The notes under the pieces are model-generated. The model was not told the DNA's origin, searched no databases, and saw nothing but the letters and a program-made list of their open reading frames with translations. A DNA stretch of 63,240 nucleotides, counting the filler, from Dimargaris cristalligena (lineage: Eukaryota), in NCBI GenBank assembly GCA_003614675.1. It is 3 parts of 3 records of this genome, joined end to end, with 100 filler letters (N's around TTAATTAATTAA, not from the genome) between each part and the next. Parts side by side here need not be neighbours in the genome. Positions count along the whole stretch, not along the records: positions 21,175 to 42,167 come from ML002677.1; positions 42,268 to 63,240 come from ML002678.1; 1 more part is not named here. One strand, written 5' to 3'. Below, piece after piece: positions 39,780 through 50,714 of this stretch. Position 1 is the stretch's first letter; every line of letters starts with the position of its first letter. Made by a program: the position numbers and the translations under genes.

Positions 39780-40410
39780 GCAAGGGATGTGCAGTAGGCA
39801 CATTTACTAGTTAGTATGAGGGGGTAATGGTATATAGAGTTTATTGGGGTAAACTAGGGGTAATAATAAGCTAAAGAATCAAACCAGTCCCAGTGGGGCT
39901 GGTTATATATATGTAGGGACAACTCCAGTGGGAGATCCTAAGGGGAATGCTACTAAGATTAGGTATAGGTAGATAAAGAATTAGACTGGATGGCTTTGTA
40001 TCTGGAAGACTCTTATGGGAACCAGAAGAGTCATTTGGATTAGCTGGTTAAGTGTTTTGTGTGAAGCATTGGGGCTGGAAGGAGAAGAGTTATATAATAG
40101 ATGATGATCCCATAGTACTGGGGGTGACTATGGGGGGGGGTTAATATGGTGCTATAAGGCCTAATAAGGATAGATAATTGTTAAGTCCAGATTAAGTCAG
40201 ATTAAGAGGGCCGACAGCTGATGATAATAACTGTGATAGTTATAGGTTATAAAAACCTGCAATAGGGAAAAAACTGATCTAATGGCTAAACTATAGTTAT
40301 GAATATACTAAATGGAAGTAAAATAATTTAAAATTGGAAGGTTGGAAGACACAGTCTTCCCAGTCCTCCTTCATATCAGATAGTGATATAACTAATAAAA
40401 AGAATTCATA
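39780..40410 (+). repeat. Degenerate CpG-depleted interspersed repeat (probable transposon relic)
   Basis: Homologous to 40801-41052 (inverted), 62605-62858 (inverted) and 41842-42011 (direct). Confidence 0.8.
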
Positions 40411-40800
40411 TTACATAATTATATGGCATAATTCCAAGAAGGAATCCACCGGAGGCTGGTTATTCCTAAGCCCCACTTATAAATGGATCTTTAAATAATA
40501 AAAATAATAATATGAAGGGGCCAATCATTATGGGTTAAAATCACCATTAATTTAGACAGCCTATAACTTTATCAATAATATGTGGAAATATAAATAGAAG
40601 TATAAATTGGAGAGCTGAAGAAAAGGAGAATCAGCTTACATAAAGAAGTTGGATAACACTTTTGGCCCCCGGCTATTCCTATAGAATCAACTCAGTAATT
40701 GTCCAGGGGCTTTGAATCTGTCTAAAGTATAACTACTTCTTGGATTGGTAACTGGTATCAGTGCTTAGGCAGCCTTTATCTAGCTACCCATGGCAGCACA

Positions 40801-41052
40801 CCAGTTACCATCAGAGACTTCTGGATATTAGTGGTCATCTGGTCAGCCTATTTACCTATATCCTAGTTATAGTAGTATCCCCTCTTGGGACCTCCCTCTG
40901 GAGTCATTCCCATATATATATAACTGGGCCCTATTAAGACTAGTTATACTCCTTAGTTTATTCTTACCCCTAGTATACTCCCAATGAACTCTATATATGA
41001 TCACTCCCCCCTATATTAACTAGTAAGTGTACCTACTCCATATCCCTTATAT
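40801..41052 (-). repeat. Inverted copy of the 39780-40025 repeat
   Basis: Reverse complement ataagggatatggagtaggtacacttactag aligns with gcaagggatgtgcagtaggcacatttactag; mostly transitions. Confidence 0.8.
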
Positions 41053-41841
41053 ATATTAGAAATGCATCTCCCCCTAAGTACCATTTACTGTATCAGACTA
41101 TTGGAGTAATCCTATTAGTTCAAATTATCTCCAATAAATACTATTGTGATGAGCTTAATTCTCATCTTGTGGTTATTTCCTACTTCTATCTATTTTTAAT
41201 ATAAGCTTTATTATCAATCTCAGATTATCATCTAAGAGAGAACTTATGGCTATTCCAGTAATATATACCTACTACTTAGCCTTTATTAGTCAATACCATG
41301 TCCTGTGTGTTGCCAACAATTTGAGGGCCTCCACTGGTTTGCCTTTGGGAGAGTCGGTAGGAGGGGGAACCTCCAGTTTCTTTCCACTAAATGGCTCACC
41401 ATATTTCGTCATATAATGTGGAGTGTTGAACTTTGCTGGGTTTGAGGGGGTTGAGACCAAGGTGGCCTTGGGGAAGTTGCCGCTGAGTTCCTGGTCATCT
41501 ATTGCATCATATGTCGTCATCTTGCATCATTGGTTGTTAAAGAAAATATAAAAAATGAAAACGTTATGATCAAACAGTGTAATCAATTTGGTACTCAGGG
41601 ATACCAAAACTTCAAATTGAATAGATGAAACTAATAAAGTAAAATATAACTGGTGATAATAATAATCAAAGTAAAACTGCATGAAGGGTAATCATTGGTA
41701 TCGTCTGGTGAAGTTAAAACAGATATTTATTCATTTATCTCAAAACTAACTTGTCCCTTCAACTGAGGGGATGCTACTAAGGTATATATAAGAAATCGAC
41801 CAAACTAAATGACTATAGCTAATATTAAAGCTATGGTAATT

Positions 41842-42011
41842 GTAGGACATAAAAAACCTAAAGATAGGGGAAAACCTGACCTACTGGCTAAACTATAGTC
41901 ACGAATAGTTAAAATGAAACAAAATATAGAACTTGGAAGGTTGGAAGACACAGCCTTCCCAGACCTCCTTCATGTCAGATATTGATAAAACTGAGAAAAA
42001 AGGAATTCATG
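41842..42011 (+). repeat. Direct copy of 40242-40410
   Basis: Shared ggctaaactatagt and ggttggaagacacag.cttcccag.cctccttcat.tcagata. Confidence 0.85.
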
Positions 42012-42027
42012 CTAAGAAGTTGTATAG

Positions 42028-42167
42028 TGTGGTGAACTTACCACATTTTTTTCCTACTTTTATTTTTAATCCATTTTTCATATTTATCAGAAGTATACCC
42101 CTGATGAGTATAGTTATTTTTCCTCCATTTTCATTATTATATTGTTTTTTCTATTATTATATTTTAT
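42028..42167 (+). mobile_element. LTR-like element end starting TGTGGTGAAC, truncated by the contig end
   Basis: Aligns with 62859-63023 (TGTAGTGAACTTACCACATTTT...); a TG start is typical of LTRs. Confidence 0.5.
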
Positions 42168-42267
42168 NNNNNNNNNNNNNNNNNNNNNNNNNNNNNNNNN
42201 NNNNNNNNNNNTTAATTAATTAANNNNNNNNNNNNNNNNNNNNNNNNNNNNNNNNNNNNNNNNNNNN
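42168..42267. other. Artificial contig spacer N44-TTAATTAATTAA-N44
   Basis: Same design as 21075-21174. Confidence 0.97.
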
Positions 42268-42391
42268 CAATAAGGCAAGATAGGATGGGATGATCAGTAT
42301 TCCCATATTTAGGGAGGATTAGGTGGGCCGATAATACCCTTTAGCTTGTGGTCTGATTAACAAGATGAATACCTTACCACCACTGACACCA

Positions 42392-43321
42392 GGTATTTAG
42401 ACAAGGCCTCAACCCCATTGCCGTAGATGACTACCAAAACAAAAAATTGGCCACCGAGCTTTCCCAATTAAATCCCAGCCAGGATTGCGAAGAGAAATAT
42501 TATGATTTCAGCAACCCCAAAGATCTCGGTGCCTTCCATATCCATAGTTGTGTCCAAAATGCGAGGATGGAGAACAGGCCTTAGGCAATTGGTATATCCC
42601 CTGAGTGTAAAGCCGCGAACATTGGTTGCTGGGTGCTCATGAGTGAAGGTTAGGTCACCTCGCTTTTGCACACCCAACAAAAAACAGTATTGTCACCTGT
42701 ATGATTATGTATATACACATTCGGGATGAAATCGATATCGGATTTGTGGGATCCAGTCTCAGGGTTGTCCAAACCATGCTCTGGAGCAACGGGGAATGCA
42801 TTCCCGTCTACGAGTGCTCCCAAAACGACCAGGTCCCCCACAGCGATGCATCCTGGGGCTTTATTAAATTCGCCATTGAATTCACCCACTAGTACATCAT
42901 TTGATTCGCGAACATGGAGCTGATAAGAGCGATTTGTGAGGACCAGATTTTGGTGCTCTCTACGATTGCCAATGAACTGAAATTCGGACAGTAGGATGGG
43001 AGTGCCTTCGATTTCTGGGCTGGTACCATGGACTACAGTGTGGTCACCAAAATTACGGCATACTTCCATTCCATGACATTAAAGCCATTCGGGGAATGTG
43101 GTGGGCGAACAAATGAACAGTACATTATCCGAAAGAAGCACTTCGTCAAGTACGAAGGGCTGCTGTTCGAAAAGAAGGGACTGATGCCCACTATCAACCG
43201 GAATGAAAACCACCACACCCCGGCCTCATCATCATCATCTTCCTCGCGGGTAACGGGTTGGTTTTTATCCCTGACCCTGTCCTTAGATCTGATCGATTGG
43301 ATATCGAGTGGACAGCACTGA
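42392..43321 (+). pseudogene. Decayed lineage-specific protein gene with in-frame stops
   Basis: ORFs 42701-42892 and 43028-43321 share a frame, bridged by FTH*YII*FANMELIRAICEDQILVLSTIANELKFGQ*DGSAFDFW; the upstream protein-like segment is in another frame. Confidence 0.45.
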
Positions 43322-43762
43322 TTATTAATGTTAAACCAACCCCCTGTTTTTATAGCCATGTTTCTGTAACTCCCTGATACTCAGGTATGTTGTCCCACAG
43401 TGTTCGCTCAGAAACAGACACCATTAGCATTCCTAGTTTTGATTCGCTTGCTTTATTTTAGATGACATGGGTAAAACCCGCCCACTGTAGATACACACTT
43501 ACTTATGTTTGATAAACACCACCCCTTTACAAGCAGCCTGTAAATATAACGAAATTATCTCTATAAATACGATTGCATATAATGCAAGTCCGAACACTCG
43601 GAATGCGAATTTCAGTCACGTCCATGTGGATAAAGAGATTATATATTTACCAGTACTAAAGCACGCCTAGTGGAATTTATAAATCAGCAAAACGGTCGCT
43701 TGGAGTGCAGCTGAACCAAGTAGAGGAACGCAGCAACAGAGAGCGAGGCATACTGGCAGTGG

Positions 43763-45505
43763 CTAGTAGTAAAGCTTAATGAGTTCATCACTCACTCCCG
43801 AGGGTGTCAGGACCCCCAAATCCGTGAATAGAAGGGTGATAAACGACGGTGGCGTGTAATCCACCTCCGGGTTCGTCTTGGCCAGGTCCAAAGCAGCCCC
43901 ATCCAGCTCCATTGAGTTGGTATCGGACAAGGAAGGGGAAGGGGAAGCGACAGACTGTGGCGAATCGAACGATAGGATCTGGGCCGTATGCGTGGGTAAG
44001 TCAAACTGGTTAAGGGGGAACAACCGCACGAATTTGTAGCTTTCCGCCACAGCGTAGAAGGGTTTGCGGGCGGCTTTCGCGACGATGGAAATCTGGTAGG
44101 AGCCGATTTGGTTGATGAGACCGCCATTTTCCACCACCCCTTCGGCACCCACGAGAACAAAATCCACCTCTTCCATGATGTAACCAACGGCACAGTCGAG
44201 GACAACCGTACAGGGAATGCCGGCCTGGCGTAGTTGGGCGGCGGTACGGTAGCCGCTGTTGATGGGCCGGGCTTCGGTCACGTAAACGCGGAAGCGACGG
44301 TTGTGGGCGGCGGCCCGGAGGAGTAAGGTCATGACCACGCGGGAGTACGAATGTACCAAAATGGTCTGTGGTTAAGTGGACAAACCGGCAAGGAAGAGAA
44401 GGACAAATATACGAGCGATTAGTAGTTGGTATTGTATAACATAATCACACCGGCAATATAGGGTAATATAATATGTAGTGAACCAGGTCAGAAATTTTGC
44501 CGGGGGGCCCTTTGGTTTTCGTTGTTGCCCAGTTCTGACTGAATGGTCCGGTATATAGACTAGAATAGTCGGGTTGCTTACCGAGTCATCACGGATGAAT
44601 GGTTCACCTAATTCGGCGATGCTTTCGCGGCACGAAGCAGCTTTTTCGACAAACTTGGTGCCCCGGTTGATGAGGTTTTGGCGGCATTCCTCCACATTGG
44701 CATCAGCCATACGGGTCACCGCCTGCATGAACAAATCGCACCCAGCGGCCAGGGAAACGGAGTTCCGGGCGGATGACTTGAGGACCTGGGCGGCATCCCG
44801 GACCATTACTACAAATTCAGACATAGTTGAGGCTGTAGATTCAACAAGGTCGGGTGGGAATGGTAATGGGCAGTAGAAGAGAACAAGTCTAGTGGCGGAT
44901 TAGCAATTATTTGGATTGACGGAGAGGAATATTTAAGAGCCTCGGAGAGTGGCCTCGAAGACTACGCAATAGTCGGCCGGGGCGCGGTCGGTACACTTTG
45001 TGGTTCTAGATACACAGAAACAGGGGTATTGGGCATATTTGACCTACCTTGCGACTGACGAATGAACTCCACCAGGGACTGCACTGCGGCCACGGGCATA
45101 GACATGTCCTATTAATGTGGATGAAGGTCGGGGATATAAGCGGGCGAATCCACCGAAATACCGGTATGCATACAAAAGCTTTAGACTAGGTCCATTATAT
45201 CGATTGTACTCCCAGTAGTTACATTAGACTGCCAGTGGACGACAGCTGCTATTTGGAATTAGCCCCAAAAGACACTTACCGGGTCGGACTGGAGGAACTC
45301 CTGGTAACTTTGGTATATGCTGAATTCTATCGGGTAATGTCAGGGATGAGTACAACCAAATACGGGTGAGTGGACGACATCAGCGAGCTGGGACATGCGG
45401 AGAAGCGCATCGTCGAGGGAATTAAGCGTTATTGTACCCAGGCCAGGATAGCCAGCGTTGACGTCGCTGTTAGAAAAAAAAAAGCGGGATACCTTCGTGG
45501 GCCAT
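43763..45505 (-). CDS. GCN3: Translation initiation factor eIF2B alpha subunit, 5 exons (45505-45493, 45326-45280, 45108-45048, 44832-44582, 44365-43763)
   Basis: [82 protein letters not shown]; 13-nt first coding exon inferred. Confidence 0.93.
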
Positions 45506-45718
45506 GTCGAATATGTAATGCTATTGATTTGTCTCGGAGTATAAAGAAACGGTCTATTTCACAAAGTCCGTTAATGTTAAAATGAGCCTCGATAAAAAAA
45601 ACTAGAGAGGTAGTTATGAATAGGCACCAATGTTGGAAGTCGAGTTGTTTCGTTCGGGTCCCCCATTCGTTCTTCACTTCTGCTAAACTCTTCCAACCTA
45701 TTAGTAGCCTAGCTGTTA

Positions 45719-45789
45719 ATATGGGAGAGGTTCAGCTAGCCTGTACAACGAAAAATCCATTGGATGAGGCGAATACCGCAGGTTAAAAA
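45719..45789 (+). repeat. Dispersed repeat copy 3 (micro-ORF 45721-45786)
   Basis: atgggagaggttcag...acgaaaaatccattggatgaggcgaat...ggttaaaa; similarity ends just after the TAA. Confidence 0.75.
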
Positions 45790-46715
45790 TGGGTCATATT
45801 TGGCCCTGCTGCATGTTTATAATGGCATGTGTATGGGAAAATATATGGGAAATTTATTTTTAATCAGTAGTTTTTGCCTCATCCTACGGATTTCAAGTCA
45901 TGCGGCTTGGCTGGATCTCCGCCATATGTAGATAGATCTATATGCCACCCGAAACATTAAATAGACCATTCGGCCCAGAATGCTCGCTGGGCCCGCATTA
46001 AGATGGTATCCAAGGCCTGTGGTGGCGCGCTTTACTTGGCTATTGTATATGACCAATACGGGGAAGGGGATGGTGGCCTCTAAATCATTCTTTAGAGGGT
46101 ATACAATGTGTGTGTGGCGGGAGGGGGATATAAACAATGGGTGGGTGGTTTATTTGAGTAGGCAAGGGCTACTTCCAGGTGACTGGGGCTTTACAGCCTT
46201 CTAATGTGCCACAACCCCCACCGAGTCATCCCAGCTAACAGGGTGTGAAACGCTGCCTGCAAAAAATAAGGACTTTGTAATTAGGCTGCTCCAAGTTTGA
46301 GTGTCCAATGATACATCAACTTGATCCTACGTGGGTGCCACTGCATGTTATAGGTCTCTTTTTATCATTCGGTCAGACAAGCCAAACTGCCTGAGGCTGA
46401 TTCGCAGACCTAGATGTACGTAGAAAAATGTAAGCAATTCACTTAGATTCCTCGATTGCCACAATTTAGGAGATTCGTGAAGGTGTATCCCATAGACAGA
46501 TTGCTGGGTGAGAAACCGGATGGCTATTTTATTTTAGACCTTTGTATTCAGTAAGTGAGTAGGGCTAAATGAGAGATACAAAGGATAAACATCCGGTTAC
46601 GTAGGGGGGTTGAAGGTTCCCCCAATATTCAAAACCGTCGCCCAATTAAATGAGCTATTCCAGCTTAGCAGGCAATCCTATTTGGGGCAAGGAGGGCTAT
46701 GCGTGCGAAGGGTTA

Positions 46716-47482
46716 CTAAGAGGAGCAGTTTATCTTCCGGTAACGGTTAATATCACATTCAGTAATCTCCCAATAGGAAAAAATGATATCATTTCCTTTT
46801 ACAATAGTGATCTCTCCTTCTCGATTTTGTATAGTAAGGCTTTCGGCGTCTTCATCTATCCTTATGACCTGGCCTCTGAAAGATTCAGAGAGATCTTCGT
46901 GGTATGCATAATAAAGCCAGTCTGGATACCAGGGATAATATCAAGTTATAGGCCAACGGATAATCGGTGATATATATGTACATAGATTTCAATGATCAAA
47001 AATAGTATCAACACATCCACTTATCACTCGAAGTTCACCCAGCCTAGTTGAGTGCAATGCACAAAAAAAAGGTGGTGAAGACATCAGGGGAGGATTTGAG
47101 CAGGGTGATGCTACACTATTTCTGGAGTCCAATGCCAGTGTATAATCGTCGCGATATAGTAATAGTTTACTGCCTTACTATAGATAGGCACGATCTCCCA
47201 ATCGCCATCAGTGTTCTCAAGATACATTGTACTTCGTGATACGACCAAGAATATGGCTGATGAGTGGTGGGTGGCAGGGTGAAAGGGTGTACTATTGAAC
47301 TAATCCAGAAGATTCAGCTAAAGCGAGTCGATCGTACTTGTTTGTCGAAGTTATAGATGGTAAATACGAGGTTGGCAATTTACGTATTGTCGTGAGGCGG
47401 CGGTATGGGTTATATATAATATACCGAGACTTAATAACCAAGGCTAGTCTAGTCGTATAGTATAGTAAACAATGTACAGCAT
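46716..47482 (-). pseudogene. Possible heavily decayed protein gene
   Basis: Protein-like stretches MYLENTDGDWEIVPIY...HWTPEIV* and HEDLSESFRGQVIRIDEDAESLTIQNREGEITIVKGNDIIFSYW, with many stops and a frame change near a (TA)n tract at ~46970. Confidence 0.3.
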
Positions 47483-50351
47483 TAAGTGTTAAAGTATGAA
47501 TTGTTTATAATAAGCTCTGCCTTATAGGGATTACATCGGAGGTCTGTTCTTTGCTGGCTCCATTTTTCTAGCATGTACAAGGGGACGGATGTGATACTAA
47601 CATTTTTGTTGTCCGGTGATTGGACATATTACCACCAAGAAAAGTATTATACTTTGATATTCAAATATAAATATTCAATCAGGAGACATTGCCACTTGTG
47701 ATAAAATACCTGGCATTGATCAGGTTTGAAAAAGGCACAAACAGGTTAGAGCTATTTCAGTGATGAATACGCTTCTAACCGCAATTTATCATGGGGCATG
47801 TGGCCAGGACAAAGGGTAAACAATATTTGTCATGAATAGTAGTCAGTTGGTTGACAACATGGCAAGGGATACCACGGGGAAGTCTGGTGTACGGGGAGAC
47901 CCTGGTCCACCAAAATTTAGCCGCCTATATAGTAATTGATAAACTGGGCCGTGTACAGTTTATTGACAATGCAATGCGAGGAAATAACCAAGTATTGAAC
48001 CCCGTCTAGTTGTTAATTGTACCATGGTTTGGAAATACCAAGGCTAGACCCATAATTATGGACATAGGGGTTACTGCTCTTTAGGCTATCGCTCAATATA
48101 CAGGTGTGATTGCTTGTAAGCTTTGATCGGATGCCCCCTCGATTCCTATCAGAACCACTTGGATGCCAGTGTCCTCTGACCAGTACATCTGTTACTCCCT
48201 TCCGGCCAACCCATTGGCGACGTGTGTATGTGTATGAATATCCCCTTGGGGTTCACCCTGCTCGTTCCTTAGTGTATATCCCTCCCCCCGCTTGTCCTAT
48301 TGAAATGATAGGGTATTTGTTAGCCAAGTAACTAACAAATATTGAATAGAACAGAAAGGGAGTCATCAATATCCATGGAGGAGAGTAAGAACCGAAGTGT
48401 GGGTGGCCCCAGTCTCTGGTTCAGATATTTTAGTTATCCAATTGATAGTTTCCATTGGCGAGGTATAACGTATACTTTATATGGTAGGATTTACAGCTAT
48501 ATAACCGAGTGCATTCCAAGAGTGGCCTTGGCAATCGTAACAATCTAATAATTTATTTTATATCCACTCTATTATAAGTTGGCGTATTTTGGCGCTATTT
48601 ATTACCACTTCCCAGTAGCTGCTATCACCTGTCCCTGCCCCTACTATGAAAGCATTGGTCAAAAGTACTCCTGTTACTAGATCAAACAGAAACCTACATG
48701 TACAACCTCTTAGTTAATTAAGTGTGACACACCATTGCGACAATGTGCACCTCATCAATATATATTTTTATTTGATGTCAGTTCCTCTGAAAGACCAACT
48801 ACTACTAAACAATAATAGTATTGCCTGGAATGCCATATTAATGAACTGAATATTATTTTTCTGTTGTATGTAGGCTAACAATAATAGAAAGCCTACTGGT
48901 TGTGGCAGGGTATAGTCCTTGCAGATCCCAGCCACCCTACGCCTAGGAAGAGTAAACAGAGACTATTCAAAATAAGATTACAAGGGGAACTTTATGTATA
49001 ATTATAGTGATGGATACCAAAAAGGGCGATTAGTTGACTTGAGTAAAAAGGCCTTACTATACCTATTTAACAAAGGGATGTCCCTAAGAATGAACCTGAC
49101 TTTGTATACCCGATCATACTAAAGATATAGGTTTAGGTTAAACAAAGAGTATGCTGAAATCCGCTACTAGAAGACATGATATAGAAGTGGTAAATAATAA
49201 AGGTATATAATTGAATGAGGTAAACTGAGTAAATGAATGGGAATGCTCAAAAGATAATATCGCTTTGCGAGATTGAATTTATGTGCCTCACTGAGACTAG
49301 GTGACGGTTGCTCCCAAATCACAAAGAAGGGTTGGATTGTATCCCCCTGGTTATTAAGCACACTGCCAACACAGATTGATTATATATGTTTTTTCAAAGA
49401 GAAGCTCTGATACGTATATAGCCTGTAGGGCGGTGAAGGTACAGGGTCTTTGTGGGGAGCTCGGGGTTGACAAGGGCACGGAGGGCGGAAAGGTTTCCTG
49501 TCACCGATAACGTCGGGGATATATATATATTATGGGATAACATATATACTCGCGAAGGCACTAAAACACCAATCAAACTCGGGAAAACGCTGATACTCGG
49601 AAAGAACTCTGATAGTTCTGGTAACTCGGGAATACTCTGGAAACAGTCGAGATAATAATCGAAGCAGGAACTCGTTTTCCGGGAGATGCTCACATAGAAT
49701 AATCTAGTTTATTCATAAATTAAGAATACTGACGCGATTTATACAGCACGTGCAATCACAGAGCAAATTAGCAATGGTGACAAAATGTTAGATACGGCGG
49801 ATTTGAAGGCGAATTACCACAGCGCTAGGTATCATTAAACGGACGGAACCACCGGGATTCTGACGTCAATTCGGAAGACGGATAAACATAAACAAGCTGA
49901 TATAGACCAGACTGCGCCCACTTTTAATCTGGTTAGCAATGTATGTTCCGGATGGCAATAACTTCCAAGAAAATGAATAGTAGAAATGGTAAGTACGTTT
50001 CAACTTCACACAATTACTAGTCAGTAGACATATCTTTAACATCAATCATTAGTCTATGCTTGAATTCTAGCGCATAATTTTATATTTTTTTTATAATCGA
50101 AATGCAGTCAGCGACATTTAATTGGAAATCAGACCACCAGCCTTAAGCGCCTCTTCATTTACCACATTTTTTAACCACATTCATTGGTTAATTAACTATT
50201 GTTGCCACTCTGCCAGTACCACCGGGGTATTTATAGCACTATTTTTGGCTGCCTACTACTAAGTCATTTCACTTTCAATCATGTACCTCCTATCGCATTC
50301 TTAGCCGTGAACGTTTAACCCTACTATTAACTTTATACACTCAAATTGACC

Positions 50352-50714
50352 ATGGACGACCGAGACGCCAGACATGAGATCAATTATGTACTCGTCTCGA
50401 GCAAAAATAACAACAACGACAAAATTCGTGATAATCCCAGTATCCCGAGTAAAAGGGTCCCCAAATTCAAGTGTCCCACTTGTAATCGGAAATTCTATGA
50501 TCGCAATCCTTTCGTTGAACACCAAAGGGATTGCAAGGAATCTGCTTTATCGTATAATTGTTGTGTCTGTAAAGGTGCATTTGGCACTAAATAAGGAAGG
50601 GCCTGCCATGAGCATCATTGTATTAAATACTACTACTGTGATATATGTAAGAAATTTTGTGTATTACCAGATCACCAGAAGGCTCGCCTCAGATATTTTT
50701 TTGTGGAATATTAG
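50352..50714 (+). pseudogene. C2HC/C2H2 zinc-finger protein gene with a TAA inside finger 2
   Basis: Finger 1 CPTC-x12-HQRDC; finger 2 CCVC-KGAFGTK*GRAC-HEHHC keeps x12 spacing across TAA 50592-50594; third CDIC motif follows. Confidence 0.7.

Noticed and set aside
41290..41520. 76-aa minus-strand ORF among the repeats
   Set aside because: No recognisable domain, start context or splice partner; not supportable as a gene
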